Shown here: piece by piece, positions 40,101 through 48,853 of the stretch
How the letters are laid out: every line of letters starts with the position of its first letter
Numbering within the stretch: the first letter of the stretch is position 1
IMG/VR virus record: IMGVR_UViG_3300025141_000016
Coordinates: 124,001-188,000 of that record
Length of the DNA: 64,000 nt
Strand: one strand, 5' to 3'
Program-made: the position numbers and the translations under genes
The notes under the pieces: generated by a model
Seen by the model: the letters and a program-made list of their open reading frames with translations, nothing else
The model's database searches: none
Told to the model about the DNA's origin: nothing

Positions 40101-42625
40101 AAGTCACTGTCCGTTTGGAGTACGACAGTCTGGGGGCCTACGACCCGGATGCTGGGACGTTGGTCCTCAACATGTCACCGGGAGCCACCCCATACTGGAC
40201 AGACAACCTCAACACCAAGGAAGGGCAGCCCACCACCGATGTTGACTGGTACACCTTGGCGGTTAGTGGCACTCGTGTCAGCGGGATCAACTACCTTCCC
40301 ATGCAACAGATGGGGACGCATCTCCCAGCCAATAATGTGGTTGGACCCAATGAGGTCGATGATGGATTCGGGCTCGGAATAAGCCTCATCGCAGGTTTCC
40401 GAAACGTGCTTGTGGGGAACCGGAACCCCGACATTATCGACGCATACATCAGTGATGTAGGCGATGATGTGTTCAAGGACTTCAACACCCCCATCACAGG
40501 CAATCTTCAGAACACCGTATTGGGGGCTGTTGACCCCAACAGTCTTGGGGTGGGGATCCCACTTCCCAAAGACAATACCGACTTCTACCCAGTACGCGGG
40601 GAGGCGGTGTACGGCAGGATCTACGACAACACGGGGGCGGGGACTCAACAGACTGAAATGTCCGGGGTAGCGACCTACTTGGACCTGTCCCAATGGGCCT
40701 CGCTGCTCGTGGACGATGCCTGGAGCCTCATTCACTTTGGCGACACAGACACTCACGGCATCGTATTCTACGACTCCACAAACACCCTCATGGGTACGAT
40801 CCCCCTCCCCCAGCCTCCCATCGTTCCGTGCCTGTTGCCGGGGGACCGGATCGTGTTCGGGGACGACATAGACCCGGCAACAGCGGCTCCTGGCTTCTTT
40901 GCCCTGGCAGGGATCTTCTTGGAGCCATCCTTCCCCCTTCCCACCGCGAACCTTCATTTGACGGCCCCTCGGGTGGTGGCGGCTTCTTACGGGGCACTCA
41001 CCACAGCCGACGTTGGAACACGAAACGTCCACGACTACACCCCCACTGGCTCCCCCAACTTGGACAATGAGGGGGTCCACTACTTCGTGCGGCGTGTCCG
41101 ACGATGGCACGATGCCCAGAATGAGATCATCTCGGGGTTGGATCCTTTGCGGTTCGCCTATGAGATCCGCCGTGGGGTCACCGCTTCCTACTCGACAGCA
41201 TCAACCTCACGGACCTTCGTGGCCGATCTGGCGACGTATGGAGCCGCCACCAACCTGGGAGCCTTCACCAACGAGGACGTGAACATCCACGCCGGGGACA
41301 TGCTTCGGGTCTTTGACTCCACCACGGGGCTTCTTCTCGACACGGCTGAAATCGAGTCCGTTGAGGGCACCGCCACTCTACGGTTGAAGCGTCCTGGCCT
41401 GACCGAAACCATCGTGGGCGGTGAGCCCTTTGAGATTTACCTGAACCAGCCCATCATCCCCCATGAGCAATCCAATGAGCAGTTGATGGACCTCGTGACG
41501 GACTCTGTTGTGTTCCGCCGCACCGTGGACTACGCCGCAGCGGAGACAGAGGGCGGCAAGGTCGTCGCCACGGGTGAACTGTCCGACACCACGACGGGAC
41601 CGGGTGCGATTACCACCTGGGCAGAGGAGGGGGTCGAGGAAGGTGACTATGTGATCATCGACCCAGCCGGTGTCCTCTACGAAGACACCGAGAGGGGAGG
41701 CAGACCTCTTGGCGATCAGAGCGTCACCGGACGCGCAATCCACATCGCAGGTGGCCCCACCAAGCTGGATGATAACCGAGGCTTCTACAAGGTCACGGCA
41801 GTCGATAAAGACTCGTCAGGGGCCAGCTTACCGGGAACTCTTGCCGTGGACGGCGAGTCTCGCTTCTCGGACGGGAGCATTTTCGGGGAAGACCCCACTA
41901 CGGAAGGGTACGTCGTGCTGCCCCTCATCACGCAATCTGACCTAACAGGCGGGGCCGAGGGCCAGCAAGACCTCCGACCCACCGCAGAGCCCGTCCCTGT
42001 AGGCGGCTCTTACTTGGACCGGGTTACCCCCGATGACTTCAAGAGCATCGAGCCTTTCGGGTACGAGATCATCCGGCCCAACAACATTTTCTCCGAGGAC
42101 GCACTGGAACTGGTGTTGTTCATGCGGGAGAGGATGTTCTCATGGATGGAGGAGATCGTGATTTCCCGCTCCCAGAGCGGCGACTACTTCGTCTTCCAGC
42201 GGGACGACCACATCATCGACGTGGGCTCCGCGACGGACCCCCTTGCGGGACTCGGGTTGATCTCCAACATCGTGGCAGAGAGCCTTGCGGGGCTCACCGC
42301 GACGACCCCGTTCGCCAACGTATCCGACTGTTTGAGTGTGCTTGACCGACGCTTCTGGATCCTCGACTTCCGTTTGGATGCCCTGGGCTACACCCAGTTC
42401 GTAGATGATACGTGGGGGCAACGTCCTGTCCTCCCCGACCTCATCGACGGGGTGTTGAACCTTGACGACCGCTTCCGCGACCAGCGGTACTCGTGGGTGT
42501 CCTTCCGTGCCAACCGAGAGGATGGCTCCATTCAAACCGCCCGCCGAGCCGAGAACCGCCTTCCTGGCCGCCTCCAGAAGCAGCGAGAAGCGTTGCTTCG
42601 GAAGAAAGCCTTGGATGAGTCGTAG
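31169..42625 (+). CDS. Giant 3818-aa virion structural protein (baseplate wedge/fibre-like)
   Basis: Uninterrupted 11.4-kb ORF with GTG start; acidic and G/T/P/V-rich, with repeated ..GxIxF-type beta modules; in the tail operon. Confidence 0.75.
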   Translation: MGFNLDGYVLRPARVASGNSPDTNEATTGVDRSQMDGAEMATLGYTVAPTGGRFTTAVEPYGDMYRAAVLQKPESREAEETYCVFAATTGSLSTVESEFLAQSASSDAVTVVPGTLAVEGGVWNDGTDTFLVLDPGGRDISSVSSLVIIKGPIVPGAPPTYVTITDGGSPGFLSQDPSIGKVVLDSTALDPAYLNGGFSKERGDQILLVTYILGGPTFWWTRNDQDVTRFGWDGKNQRWSPLQGSLPRDLGAVNGEDEFKLTPPLTRFAVGDMLPYDDTTTDSYALVRSGLYPDSISTPLTILVVTDEEAASGTWSGSWIDPATGTAADAVVGVYSGDLLLNPTYIEANAGRTLWYNPETFVVDADGDLGEVADFYPLALVPTSIGFPALSPVPGPTDRPFLRIGSRRYLTPYAVDTDADLPTPADFPAGNFYWSRMTGRIVLSKHDIDRCTPGASTTNPTPDFSDYDIFYLGARLYYDGVSLNTQPLPVKAPTPVFDEAGLPLDGDPETVPIFGKLYIPRAVPLPPPGISGVLWVPDGSGDTPSIDEKTIPLTRPNGCGMMREIEGIGDTFFFGESYAYEKTDVEEYDEDLPVLKFKVPKNTVAVSRLQDPDMTGSPLEEYSRLQMRRRLVKGEALYFLQAQITPSVYADEARIFSRFGEPFTLLGTETLTFNVDDFAGGYKWVATTLGAGEFSAAEVAADIQATSGVPAGSVGSLRGRIFIRDADLKIGKVEIGWDQSDATDLSGPAALGFLPGWRVSLPLPAAPAPNFCWLPDNGAAMGVFRSPVNMDRRDDTPDIRAKSQFDDLLLTDNITGMPFFSINQPPLEDMPGYDEGVHFRMAIGLLTVDLKNYHTTLGVGIKYDWVFDRLVWTEEGETSATQVAFPTSTLQLDHPAILPETVSALAMDDTAFGLRVKGPLDDSYATKIRGEDFLMPGGGQPGQALLVSVEGGVKASGGCGQFTAGTTTFEDPNVPDQDDLAAEVLVGYLLHVLTGEAEGVYQITKVTSGPPTVLNVFPAFPSSQTTAQWRVYEAKPRDEIDNTLVADVQQQVMNHLPSEPFKIRLLTSTGTVGGSLVAEVADAISSNRVISLRFGLGEGGNANEATPAYLVRGVKMGTVVATGLEIPDTSDLHFQTSLAGGTAYFSFRVGAAEFTSGVNLVMVAVAGTPAAGTVEIVAGSGEVVFADDVVSDLSGSTVFYDQQFLNPDDLTAGECEINASDGSINISTSDAGTYAGETAYFVEEMVTVNDLDVKTSPVSGSILFKKPLRAMQIVETNYFQADTNGDKATDTDGNYIEVTEFLPLIVKLEVATRIDDYTFSFNPTGRTYSEVVDPFMWVGVELQNFAGIETAFIEVDEDLGIYLIKLTSAVESTDEVKINYGVLEAFGGESAYTVSTPPVYRKPFFLLEGQTSFDLETDRSADFPVGHLLMLGPQPLYIKTVAYDITTDLTTVTITPDPLGELGSRAVGRDSGLTVSDFPVSVTLSPTDTEGFMPTLDTSTATGTPLLAVDRGQLEVVFYGDVRQYTKPNHLLEIEECPYIIINSSMSDDGRNTIVEIATPAYKAHDNSNTVRISMRPVYQPSPMEFAGIAPFVTSEEYNLFLMGATESGVGVPGKELIEGTHYTTDAATGEIIFQTPTQPPLNPGEWLHFRYTRQVVVNPLVKDDALLYPLYKGSYLYMTVPSVPNRLLGSVLRAKYTYRNPDSFYFSTLPMRNYLGDVAKVSAAKGGSAPSGGPVLAFPGESNMGSQGAMGLRGEAQDYRDQDRGGRVYVEFFNGVIVAFEQVLEAMDGRIIGDRDGKFLFFLGRDKRYPPPGYEDSISGELNPRLIWREVIENWSPSDYTDNDGWYMEADPVFDPTTAEIPDTGERPGAPDGITPDPHSLSFYTGRQRHRVKNDMDDRLLIGFGRPRGLAFLFPKFDVPGKFKDMWQDHEYSRLFPEKTTHFTRLFPGLEAVMGATGFTDPGYYSSGRKIEVPGPEPGETTEQKVKTRKTVNGVICNPALGDIQNISDVTAEDRHPRARVWAYYPLGSAELDAALGTTTASPPSATFVATPVPLSEFPINPDTGFPDITQLLSQGGGISDLESGDAALSTPAFVGSTTAGEAPRINFGKPDGTIYSLTADSDLNGVYIGEVQAGCVLVLVDVTGAPLAGSSVFVNETIPLEDVISADGGYGDTVFCGPTSGTLDPTSVPTQPTLDETAEATQGLPDYRIQFDLKVGRRSGTFIDASLPTADDAFPFPLQKWFGQNPPSPLSCVEGVVEFVNTSTQPLQLPCLLGEDKDDSGDYQIPYMRTTNTELVVLGEVAASLVLLFIDTSAALPLPAGVPAIEQQDLSLAVYPNEIVVNNGTIVQATDYPGYALNPATLYVGAAAADGDLRPVETAGAYTANSGIGDVRRFDLILSQADQALVGAGSIPAGMTGILTVGDVEQTAPSTDPNRPSTLETPRFVTPTATGMEHKYTIRGFAANVADDTGDNGFHITEVSGGGQRDTVFHFGTVPLIRLTELAALIPGTPPAAGVGNALVIRIYDADPSLAPATDPFIGALVIPWDDPGEVMYAWNEAAAATTAITTDPAGVGVVFTADTVSIQCVVAQPSIMVALGLVVSTHYDFTLDFDTYFDPDTVAFTSGVLVGGAGLGSLTCEVGRDRLTFKEALAFNLAKPRGYSPANDPGNTNHGHELGVQIAVHEVTCQGVQGFTVNSPAAINGAPAPGAAGFGTHYLTLLERMGPSPDASVSALVEYTGTWDGSDGSLRLMAWEGYENTPLAADVSTIKFAGVPSSNANETAEIAAGFGVMADKGFIDTTMGLDLDGNRDYIYGAALFFPLVPDVEAGDIVVVDAGTTSSEAVKAGTYLVRHAVSYDAGDAYATPAASIPFVQAPLRPARQWDDATAPVPKAEAKLAGTPSGSGGFDCVNVDFPTILEVDSVTNEVTLQGVVPVPGTPNGHGWADPATVPNNRHVHLILGDKYAEYDSATSAWHIKQVTVRLEYDSLGAYDPDAGTLVLNMSPGATPYWTDNLNTKEGQPTTDVDWYTLAVSGTRVSGINYLPMQQMGTHLPANNVVGPNEVDDGFGLGISLIAGFRNVLVGNRNPDIIDAYISDVGDDVFKDFNTPITGNLQNTVLGAVDPNSLGVGIPLPKDNTDFYPVRGEAVYGRIYDNTGAGTQQTEMSGVATYLDLSQWASLLVDDAWSLIHFGDTDTHGIVFYDSTNTLMGTIPLPQPPIVPCLLPGDRIVFGDDIDPATAAPGFFALAGIFLEPSFPLPTANLHLTAPRVVAASYGALTTADVGTRNVHDYTPTGSPNLDNEGVHYFVRRVRRWHDAQNEIISGLDPLRFAYEIRRGVTASYSTASTSRTFVADLATYGAATNLGAFTNEDVNIHAGDMLRVFDSTTGLLLDTAEIESVEGTATLRLKRPGLTETIVGGEPFEIYLNQPIIPHEQSNEQLMDLVTDSVVFRRTVDYAAAETEGGKVVATGELSDTTTGPGAITTWAEEGVEEGDYVIIDPAGVLYEDTERGGRPLGDQSVTGRAIHIAGGPTKLDDNRGFYKVTAVDKDSSGASLPGTLAVDGESRFSDGSIFGEDPTTEGYVVLPLITQSDLTGGAEGQQDLRPTAEPVPVGGSYLDRVTPDDFKSIEPFGYEIIRPNNIFSEDALELVLFMRERMFSWMEEIVISRSQSGDYFVFQRDDHIIDVGSATDPLAGLGLISNIVAESLAGLTATTPFANVSDCLSVLDRRFWILDFRLDALGYTQFVDDTWGQRPVLPDLIDGVLNLDDRFRDQRYSWVSFRANREDGSIQTARRAENRLPGRLQKQREALLRKKALDES

Positions 42626-42666
42626 CCGGTAATGTGGCTGTATCGGAGCAACAGGGAGAGAGCACC

Positions 42667-42894
42667 ATGAACGCAGACGAAATCAAGAAGAGGTTGAAGG
42701 ACATGGGCATCCCTGTGGGTGAGTTCGGTCAAACGACCGCGAGGGACAATCTGGAATCTCCCGTCTTGAAGCGTCAAAAGGAAGCCCTCTCCAAAATCGA
42801 AGTGCTCCTTGATGCCGAGTTGAGGCAAGAGCAAGAGAAGATGGCGACCGCCCATGCGGCCCTCCAGCGATTGAAGCACGGCGGGGGAGGGTGA
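42667..42894 (+). CDS. Small coiled-coil protein
   Basis: ATG behind GGGAGAG; heptad-like C terminus. Confidence 0.7.
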   Translation: MNADEIKKRLKDMGIPVGEFGQTTARDNLESPVLKRQKEALSKIEVLLDAELRQEQEKMATAHAALQRLKHGGGG

Positions 42895-42897
42895 TTT

Positions 42898-45426
42898 ATG
42901 GCTGAAAAGGAATGGATCACTATCCAGCCCAGCCTGGAGCCCATCATGGGGCCAGTCATCGCAGTCATCGAAACGATTGACTCGGTGCTCTCGGCCCTCA
43001 TTGTCATCCTGAACATCGTCCAGACCATCCTGAACATCGTCAAGGTGTTCCTCGTTGGGTTGCTTGACCCCATCCGCGCCATCGTAGAAGCCATCATCGA
43101 GGAGATCAGGAACATCATCCATGACCTCCGGCAGATGGGGTTCTACCTCCACGGGGATTGGGATCTGACAAAGAAGCCCTTTGATGAGTTGCGCGGAGGG
43201 TTCCAGGCATACGAGCGGCGGATGCTCAAACGCTTGCTGGACCGACGTGACCCCAACCGCCCGGACTTCTCCAGTTCCTCGGCAGCCTTGGCCATCTTCG
43301 CGTACCTCTCGCTGGAAGATGTGACCCTGATGGTCGAGTTCATCATGCGGCTGAAGGCGTTTTTCGGAGCCAAGGCCCCGACGAGTGGCCAACTCTTCCC
43401 AGCACCCACAACCCCGGAGATCAAGTTTGGCTCCTATTCGGCTGGGCTCGCGTCCTTCAAGAACCTGGGAGCATCGTTCGGAAACGCTCCTGACTCGATG
43501 ACAATAGAATGGACGATGCCGAGCACGGGAGCCCTCTTTTCCCCAGGCCCCACCGGTTTCCTTATCCATGTCTCCACGGAACCAGATGGATTCGGCGTGC
43601 AGGGACTCAAAGTCAAAGCCGACACGACGGACAAGATCGAGAATCTACCGGCACTGTTCCCCGTGGGGATCAACCCAAACACCGGCACCCCCCTACGCCT
43701 GTACGGTGGGGTGTGTGATTTGGAGTGTGACATCCCAGATTCGGTCTACGAGGCCGAACAAGGGAACAAACTCTACCTCACGTTGGGGTCCAACTCTCCG
43801 CTCATCTGGCCCTCCCAACTGGAAGGGGACATTCCCCTTGGGGCAGCGACCTACTTTATGAAGCCTCCGGGGGGTCTGGCGAAACTTGGCCCTGGCCAGA
43901 CCCTCTCAACCACTCTCCAGTGGGATCAACTCCCCAAGAAGATCACCGTGACCAACAACGGTGGGGCCAAGCCCGACATTGAAGAGGAGGATGCCTACAC
44001 TTTCTACGTCCGGGTCCGCGCCTTGACCAAGACCTATGTAGACGGGGGGTCATCCCTGACGGGCGGTCCTTTCGCCCCTTCCATTATCGGGAGCAGTGAG
44101 ATCAAGCCCTACCGCATCCTGGGCAGCACCCTCACAGAAACCACGGGGATGATCCTCAAACCCATCAACCCAAAGACTGCTGTGTCAGCCAGCAACTTCG
44201 GGGAAGCGTCCGAAGCGGGAATAGCCTCTTTCCCCACCGACTCGATGCTCGACTTCATAGAGGCGACCAAGGCGGCTCTGGCTCTCCTCTACCTCACCCG
44301 ATCCGACTTCACAGAGGTCATCGAGGAAGAAGGGGACCAGAAAGCAGCCGTGAACACCTATGTAGCGGGAGCCGAGACAGGTCTGGAAGGGTTCACCGAC
44401 ATGCTCGCCAAGTACGGTGACCCCATGAGCACCCTGTACAAGAACAGGGATGCTCCTTCCTTCCGACGGAAGATCCGCAAGCGCATCGCGGGACACACGA
44501 TGCGCTTCCTTTCCCAGCCTCCCCCCGAATCAGTCTGCGCCCATGTTGCAGAGGTTGGAGCCGACCTCCTCACCTTCAAGTGGTCGGACATAAACAGCGG
44601 GTGGCCTGACATGACCATCATGGAGACGATGCGCTCCAACCAAACGATGTTCGGGATCGCAGCAAACCCTCTTGGGATCGGGGGGCGCTCCCCCGCCCGG
44701 TTGCGTCAGGGTCGGCTCACCACTTCGGAAGCCCTGTGGATTAGCCGCACAAATGTATTCCCACTGACCCCACGGGGAGAATCCCTGGCAGCAAAGTCCG
44801 GCGGGTTCTTCAACGACATGGGGTATTCCGATTGGGCTCCGGTCCTCTACGAATGGACGGAGCCCTTCGACAGTTGGGGGGTGGTTGATAGTCCCCTCAA
44901 CATCGCGTACATCCGCAAGCTGCTGCTCGACTACGAGGATGGGAAAATCCTCCAGCAAGCCCAGGCAGTCTTGCAGGTGGCAGGAGCCACCGGATCCCGC
45001 TCTCCCTCCGAGGGGGAGTGGATTACCGTGCGCTTCTTTGACGCAGCCCTTGAACCTCTGGACGGCATACTGACAGACATTGAGAAGTTCCTCTTGGGGA
45101 TTCTCGACGGCCTCCAAGGGATGATCGACAAGATCGTTGCCTACATTGACGCTATCCAGGCCCGCATCTACCAGATCCAGGCCCTCATCGAGTTGATCCG
45201 GTCGATCCTCAACTCCCTCAAAGTGTTTGACCTGCCCTCCTTCAACGCCCTGGTGCTGGTAGAGAACGGGACAGACGGGCTCATCACAGGGCTCATCACA
45301 GCAGAGAACAAGCCTGATGACGGGGCCGCCGCATACGGCGGCGGGGTGGTCGCCATCGCAGGCGGGTTGCCCACCGTCATCTTGGAGATCCTGGCTCTAC
45401 TCTTTCCCCCCAGCGGAGGTGACTAA
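42898..45426 (+). CDS. Putative virion protein with amphipathic helical N- and C-termini
   Basis: 842 aa; Ile/Leu-rich helices at both ends. Confidence 0.7.
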   Translation: MAEKEWITIQPSLEPIMGPVIAVIETIDSVLSALIVILNIVQTILNIVKVFLVGLLDPIRAIVEAIIEEIRNIIHDLRQMGFYLHGDWDLTKKPFDELRGGFQAYERRMLKRLLDRRDPNRPDFSSSSAALAIFAYLSLEDVTLMVEFIMRLKAFFGAKAPTSGQLFPAPTTPEIKFGSYSAGLASFKNLGASFGNAPDSMTIEWTMPSTGALFSPGPTGFLIHVSTEPDGFGVQGLKVKADTTDKIENLPALFPVGINPNTGTPLRLYGGVCDLECDIPDSVYEAEQGNKLYLTLGSNSPLIWPSQLEGDIPLGAATYFMKPPGGLAKLGPGQTLSTTLQWDQLPKKITVTNNGGAKPDIEEEDAYTFYVRVRALTKTYVDGGSSLTGGPFAPSIIGSSEIKPYRILGSTLTETTGMILKPINPKTAVSASNFGEASEAGIASFPTDSMLDFIEATKAALALLYLTRSDFTEVIEEEGDQKAAVNTYVAGAETGLEGFTDMLAKYGDPMSTLYKNRDAPSFRRKIRKRIAGHTMRFLSQPPPESVCAHVAEVGADLLTFKWSDINSGWPDMTIMETMRSNQTMFGIAANPLGIGGRSPARLRQGRLTTSEALWISRTNVFPLTPRGESLAAKSGGFFNDMGYSDWAPVLYEWTEPFDSWGVVDSPLNIAYIRKLLLDYEDGKILQQAQAVLQVAGATGSRSPSEGEWITVRFFDAALEPLDGILTDIEKFLLGILDGLQGMIDKIVAYIDAIQARIYQIQALIELIRSILNSLKVFDLPSFNALVLVENGTDGLITGLITAENKPDDGAAAYGGGVVAIAGGLPTVILEILALLFPPSGGD

Positions 45427-46223
45427 TGCCGTCCTTCACCTATATGGACACCTTCCGCGAAGGCCAATGGAGGGCCTTGCGGCGTTTCGTGCTGGATGAG
45501 CGTCGTGACGCTGGGAGCCGCGAAGCCGCTATCGCTGCCGAGTTGGACCGCATCGGGAAGATTCGACTCCTCTACGCCACGGACTCGGAGACAGGAGTGG
45601 TCAGCCAGACCCGTTTTGGTATTGCAGTTGAAGGAAACCCCAACGCTTCTCTGGTCAAACTCATGCAGGCGTATGTGTCGTTTGGGGGCAACCCCCTCGA
45701 CATTAGCCTTTTCCTCTACTCCAACGATGCCGAGTGCCCTGGAGGGGGCTTTGCCTATCCAACGGGGTACACCTACTCGATGCAGGGTGCGGAAACCGAC
45801 TCTGATTCCAACATCGACAAGTACAAGCCGAGCGTGGTGGGGGGGACCATCGAAACAGGCTCCGAACTTCTGACGACGAACATGCAACTCATCCGCTCTT
45901 GGGTCACCAAGGAGATGTACTACAAGCGTATTCTCATCGAGGAACGCATCATCAAACTGTCTGACCTCTATGAGCAGTTGCAGCAAGAACTCATTGATCT
46001 CACCCGTGCCGTCCGGGGGGAAGGGATGAAAGAGCCCTACACCACTGACGAGTATCAGGAGAGCCACAGTATCCCGTCGTTGGTTTTCCTCTTTGACAAG
46101 ACATGGCGTGTGGCCGAGGAAGACGGTCGTGTCCCCGAGGATGCGGAGCCGAACACGGCTGCTCTGGGATCATTCCCCTTCCTGATAGACGACGGGGATG
46201 GCGACACGAACAATGCGCTCTGA
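45426..46223 (+). CDS. Hypothetical (probably virion) protein
   Basis: TAATG overlap; 265 aa. Confidence 0.7.
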   Translation: MPSFTYMDTFREGQWRALRRFVLDERRDAGSREAAIAAELDRIGKIRLLYATDSETGVVSQTRFGIAVEGNPNASLVKLMQAYVSFGGNPLDISLFLYSNDAECPGGGFAYPTGYTYSMQGAETDSDSNIDKYKPSVVGGTIETGSELLTTNMQLIRSWVTKEMYYKRILIEERIIKLSDLYEQLQQELIDLTRAVRGEGMKEPYTTDEYQESHSIPSLVFLFDKTWRVAEEDGRVPEDAEPNTAALGSFPFLIDDGDGDTNNAL

Positions 46224-46286
46224 CCCCCCTGACGGTAGGTAGTCGATAACCCTCCAAGGACACAAACCTCCTGTGAGGAAGCCACG

Positions 46287-48839
46287 GTGTCTGGGAAACG
46301 TCGCCAACCATCGCCCTCGCGGGTAGCCAAGAAGTGGAAGAAACTCCCGAAGGGGTGGACAGAGGAGTCCGTCGAGAAGTTCTGGGACACGCTGACGGGG
46401 GGCACCCCGGAGCACAAGGTCTGGGACTGCATCGACAAGATGACCAAGCCCTTCGGAGATGGTGCGGGTGCTTTCTGTGGTGGGCTGGCCGACTGGCAGA
46501 TGCCTGGATGGAGACAGAAGAACAAGAAAGAGTCTCCTGACGCTCGCTCCGATGCCAAGTCCTACTGGAAGGGCAAGATCAAAAAAAGGGCCAGCGCAGA
46601 GCGCGTGGCCGAGGAATGGTTTTCTGGAGCCCGAATGGCAAGCGCATCCGCACCCGTATTGAAGTTCCTCCAACGACTTCGGGGGAAGGGCAAGGGGGCT
46701 CTGAACATCAATGTGTTGGAAGAAGCCCTCCCGCTTCTGGGCTGGTCAATCACCAAGACCACAGCACCCCTCCGCATCGCTGATCCTGACTCGGTGAAGC
46801 CCCTACTGGAAGCCATGCTGAACCCCTCTTTCATCTGGGGGTACAGTGGGACCAAAGAGCCCAAGCGCGTTGACTTTGATAGCGTGGAGGAGGCCGAAGC
46901 AGGGCTGCGGAAATGGCAGAGGGAAGCCCAGAAAGGGAAGCCTCCCCGTCACCCCACCTTCAAGAAGTTCTACTACACCCAGGCTCTCTACCCGGTGGAG
47001 GAGAGAGCGGGCGGCTCCCGATTCAAGACGGGCTACTTCTTCGACATTATGGGCCTGTGGCTCGGGGTGGAAGCCTATGAGGTCACGAACCCCTCGGGAG
47101 CCTCGGTCCTCTTGCCCCTCAAACCTGACTACCGGGGTCGGTTCAAGGTCGATCTCCTACGCTGGAAGATGGCCACGTTCTGGACCTGGGCCTACAAGAA
47201 CGGCATCCAAGACGACGCAGCCGCATACCTCGATACCATCGGGGCCGAGGAAGTGGCGCGGGTCACAGCACCCGCCAGCGCCCGGTCCCTCGACGGCACT
47301 GGGACGTGCCCCGCGTGCTTCAATAATGTGAAGCTGCGGCGGGGCGAGAGAATCATGCGGCATGGCTGGCAGGTACAGGGTCAACGCCAATGGGGTTCCT
47401 ACGGGAACACATGGCACACCGGTCCCTGTTTCGGCACGGGCTACGTTGCTTTTGAGTTGAGCCCCGACGGGACCAAGGACTACCGGGACCAAGTTGTGAT
47501 CCCCTACAAGGGCAGCGTGGAGAACGAACTGGCCCGCGTGAAGCGGGGGGCCGACCCCATCACAGTGGATAAGGGTCGTCGTTGGGAGAGGACACTCCAA
47601 CCCGGCGACCCCGAGTATTCCCGGTATCAAGACATATCTATCAAGCAGGGGACCAAAGCTGTCTCCGACCTTGAGCAAGACATTCGGACCCTGGACTCTC
47701 GGATCACGGGCTGGAAGGAAGCACCTCTGCCTGGAGCGCGGATGGCGAGTTCCGTCCGGGTGGCTCTCCGGTTCGCCGTGAGGAAGGCACCTCCCATGCA
47801 GATGGGGTCAGCCACCATGCTCAAAAAGCAGGGGCTTACCCCTGTGGATGTGTTTTTCGGTGAGGCACGACCCCACAACAGGCCGACCCTGCAACTACTG
47901 GATTCTGTGCAAGACCGGAAGGGGGACGTGTACTTCTTTGTGGGGGTGGCCCCAGACGGGAGTGCCATCCTCGCTGAAACCGAAGGTGAGGCGAAGCGCA
48001 AGCACCGCAAGATCATCGAGGATCGGAAACACTACGAGTCGCGGATGGCTGACGGAAGTCCGCTCATGCTCCAACCCGACTACGGCACATCGAACGCTGC
48101 CCTCCCCCGTGAAGGAGCACGAACCAAGGGAAAGAGTCTGCCCGAGACGGGGTACACCCTCTCCGTAGCTTCCATCTATCGTGCCGTTCCCGCTGGGGTC
48201 ACCACCATCGAGCCGATGGACTATGTGACCCGCACCAAGAAATGGGCGCAGGGCCATGCTGACCATGTGGCTGCGGTGGAGGAAGACGAAGCAGTCGTCC
48301 TCAAAGCCATGGTCAAGGCAGCAGACGTGTATGAAGCCTCCAACCCCGGTGAATACTTCTACGATGGGCCTGCCGTGCGGGGCCGCGTTGTCTACCGGCA
48401 ACGGTATGCGTCGGTCCACAAGACCGCTCGGGACTTCCAGTTGACCGAGTTGGAGATCACCCCTGGCCAGGAACCCGCCTCCCCCGACATTGACTTCGCG
48501 ACGGTGATCACCGCCGAGTTCCTGTTGGACGGGAAGCCTCTGGCAAAGGTGCTCGGGGTCCAGCAACGGACCCTGGAACGGCACCTCGCCAAGCACTCGT
48601 CACGGAAGCTGCTTCACGCCCTTTTCGATTCCAAGGAAGGCGAGCGCATCCTGACGGCTCTCCAGCCCAAGATCAAAGCCATCCTGGCTGACCACGGCGC
48701 GGAACAGGGGCAAGGTCATCCCCACCATCTCTCTATCGAGTGGGACGCAGGGAGCAGCATCAACTCGGCTGCGGCTCGTCCGGGCCGTGGGGTCCACTAC
48801 ACGGTGGAGATCGACGCGCATGGAGAGTGGTCAGAATAA
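46287..48839 (+). CDS. Multidomain protein with RVAx[RKE][FW]-type linkers and a Cys/His zinc-binding-like module
   Basis: SRVAKKW, KRASAERVAEEW, RMASSVRVALRF linkers; GTCPAC..HG..HTGPCFG module; GTG start behind GAGGA. Confidence 0.8.
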   Translation: MSGKRRQPSPSRVAKKWKKLPKGWTEESVEKFWDTLTGGTPEHKVWDCIDKMTKPFGDGAGAFCGGLADWQMPGWRQKNKKESPDARSDAKSYWKGKIKKRASAERVAEEWFSGARMASASAPVLKFLQRLRGKGKGALNINVLEEALPLLGWSITKTTAPLRIADPDSVKPLLEAMLNPSFIWGYSGTKEPKRVDFDSVEEAEAGLRKWQREAQKGKPPRHPTFKKFYYTQALYPVEERAGGSRFKTGYFFDIMGLWLGVEAYEVTNPSGASVLLPLKPDYRGRFKVDLLRWKMATFWTWAYKNGIQDDAAAYLDTIGAEEVARVTAPASARSLDGTGTCPACFNNVKLRRGERIMRHGWQVQGQRQWGSYGNTWHTGPCFGTGYVAFELSPDGTKDYRDQVVIPYKGSVENELARVKRGADPITVDKGRRWERTLQPGDPEYSRYQDISIKQGTKAVSDLEQDIRTLDSRITGWKEAPLPGARMASSVRVALRFAVRKAPPMQMGSATMLKKQGLTPVDVFFGEARPHNRPTLQLLDSVQDRKGDVYFFVGVAPDGSAILAETEGEAKRKHRKIIEDRKHYESRMADGSPLMLQPDYGTSNAALPREGARTKGKSLPETGYTLSVASIYRAVPAGVTTIEPMDYVTRTKKWAQGHADHVAAVEEDEAVVLKAMVKAADVYEASNPGEYFYDGPAVRGRVVYRQRYASVHKTARDFQLTELEITPGQEPASPDIDFATVITAEFLLDGKPLAKVLGVQQRTLERHLAKHSSRKLLHALFDSKEGERILTALQPKIKAILADHGAEQGQGHPHHLSIEWDAGSSINSAAARPGRGVHYTVEIDAHGEWSE

Positions 48840-48853
48840 ACATCTGACCTGTG

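Noticed and set aside
15732-46223. Interpretation as a bacterial contractile injection system or tailocin with toxins
   Set aside because: Surrounding genes (TK, MTases, exonuclease, promoter cassettes, many small phage-type ORFs) and a long tape measure fit a large phage; no host housekeeping context. Head genes are not in the window, so this is not formally excluded
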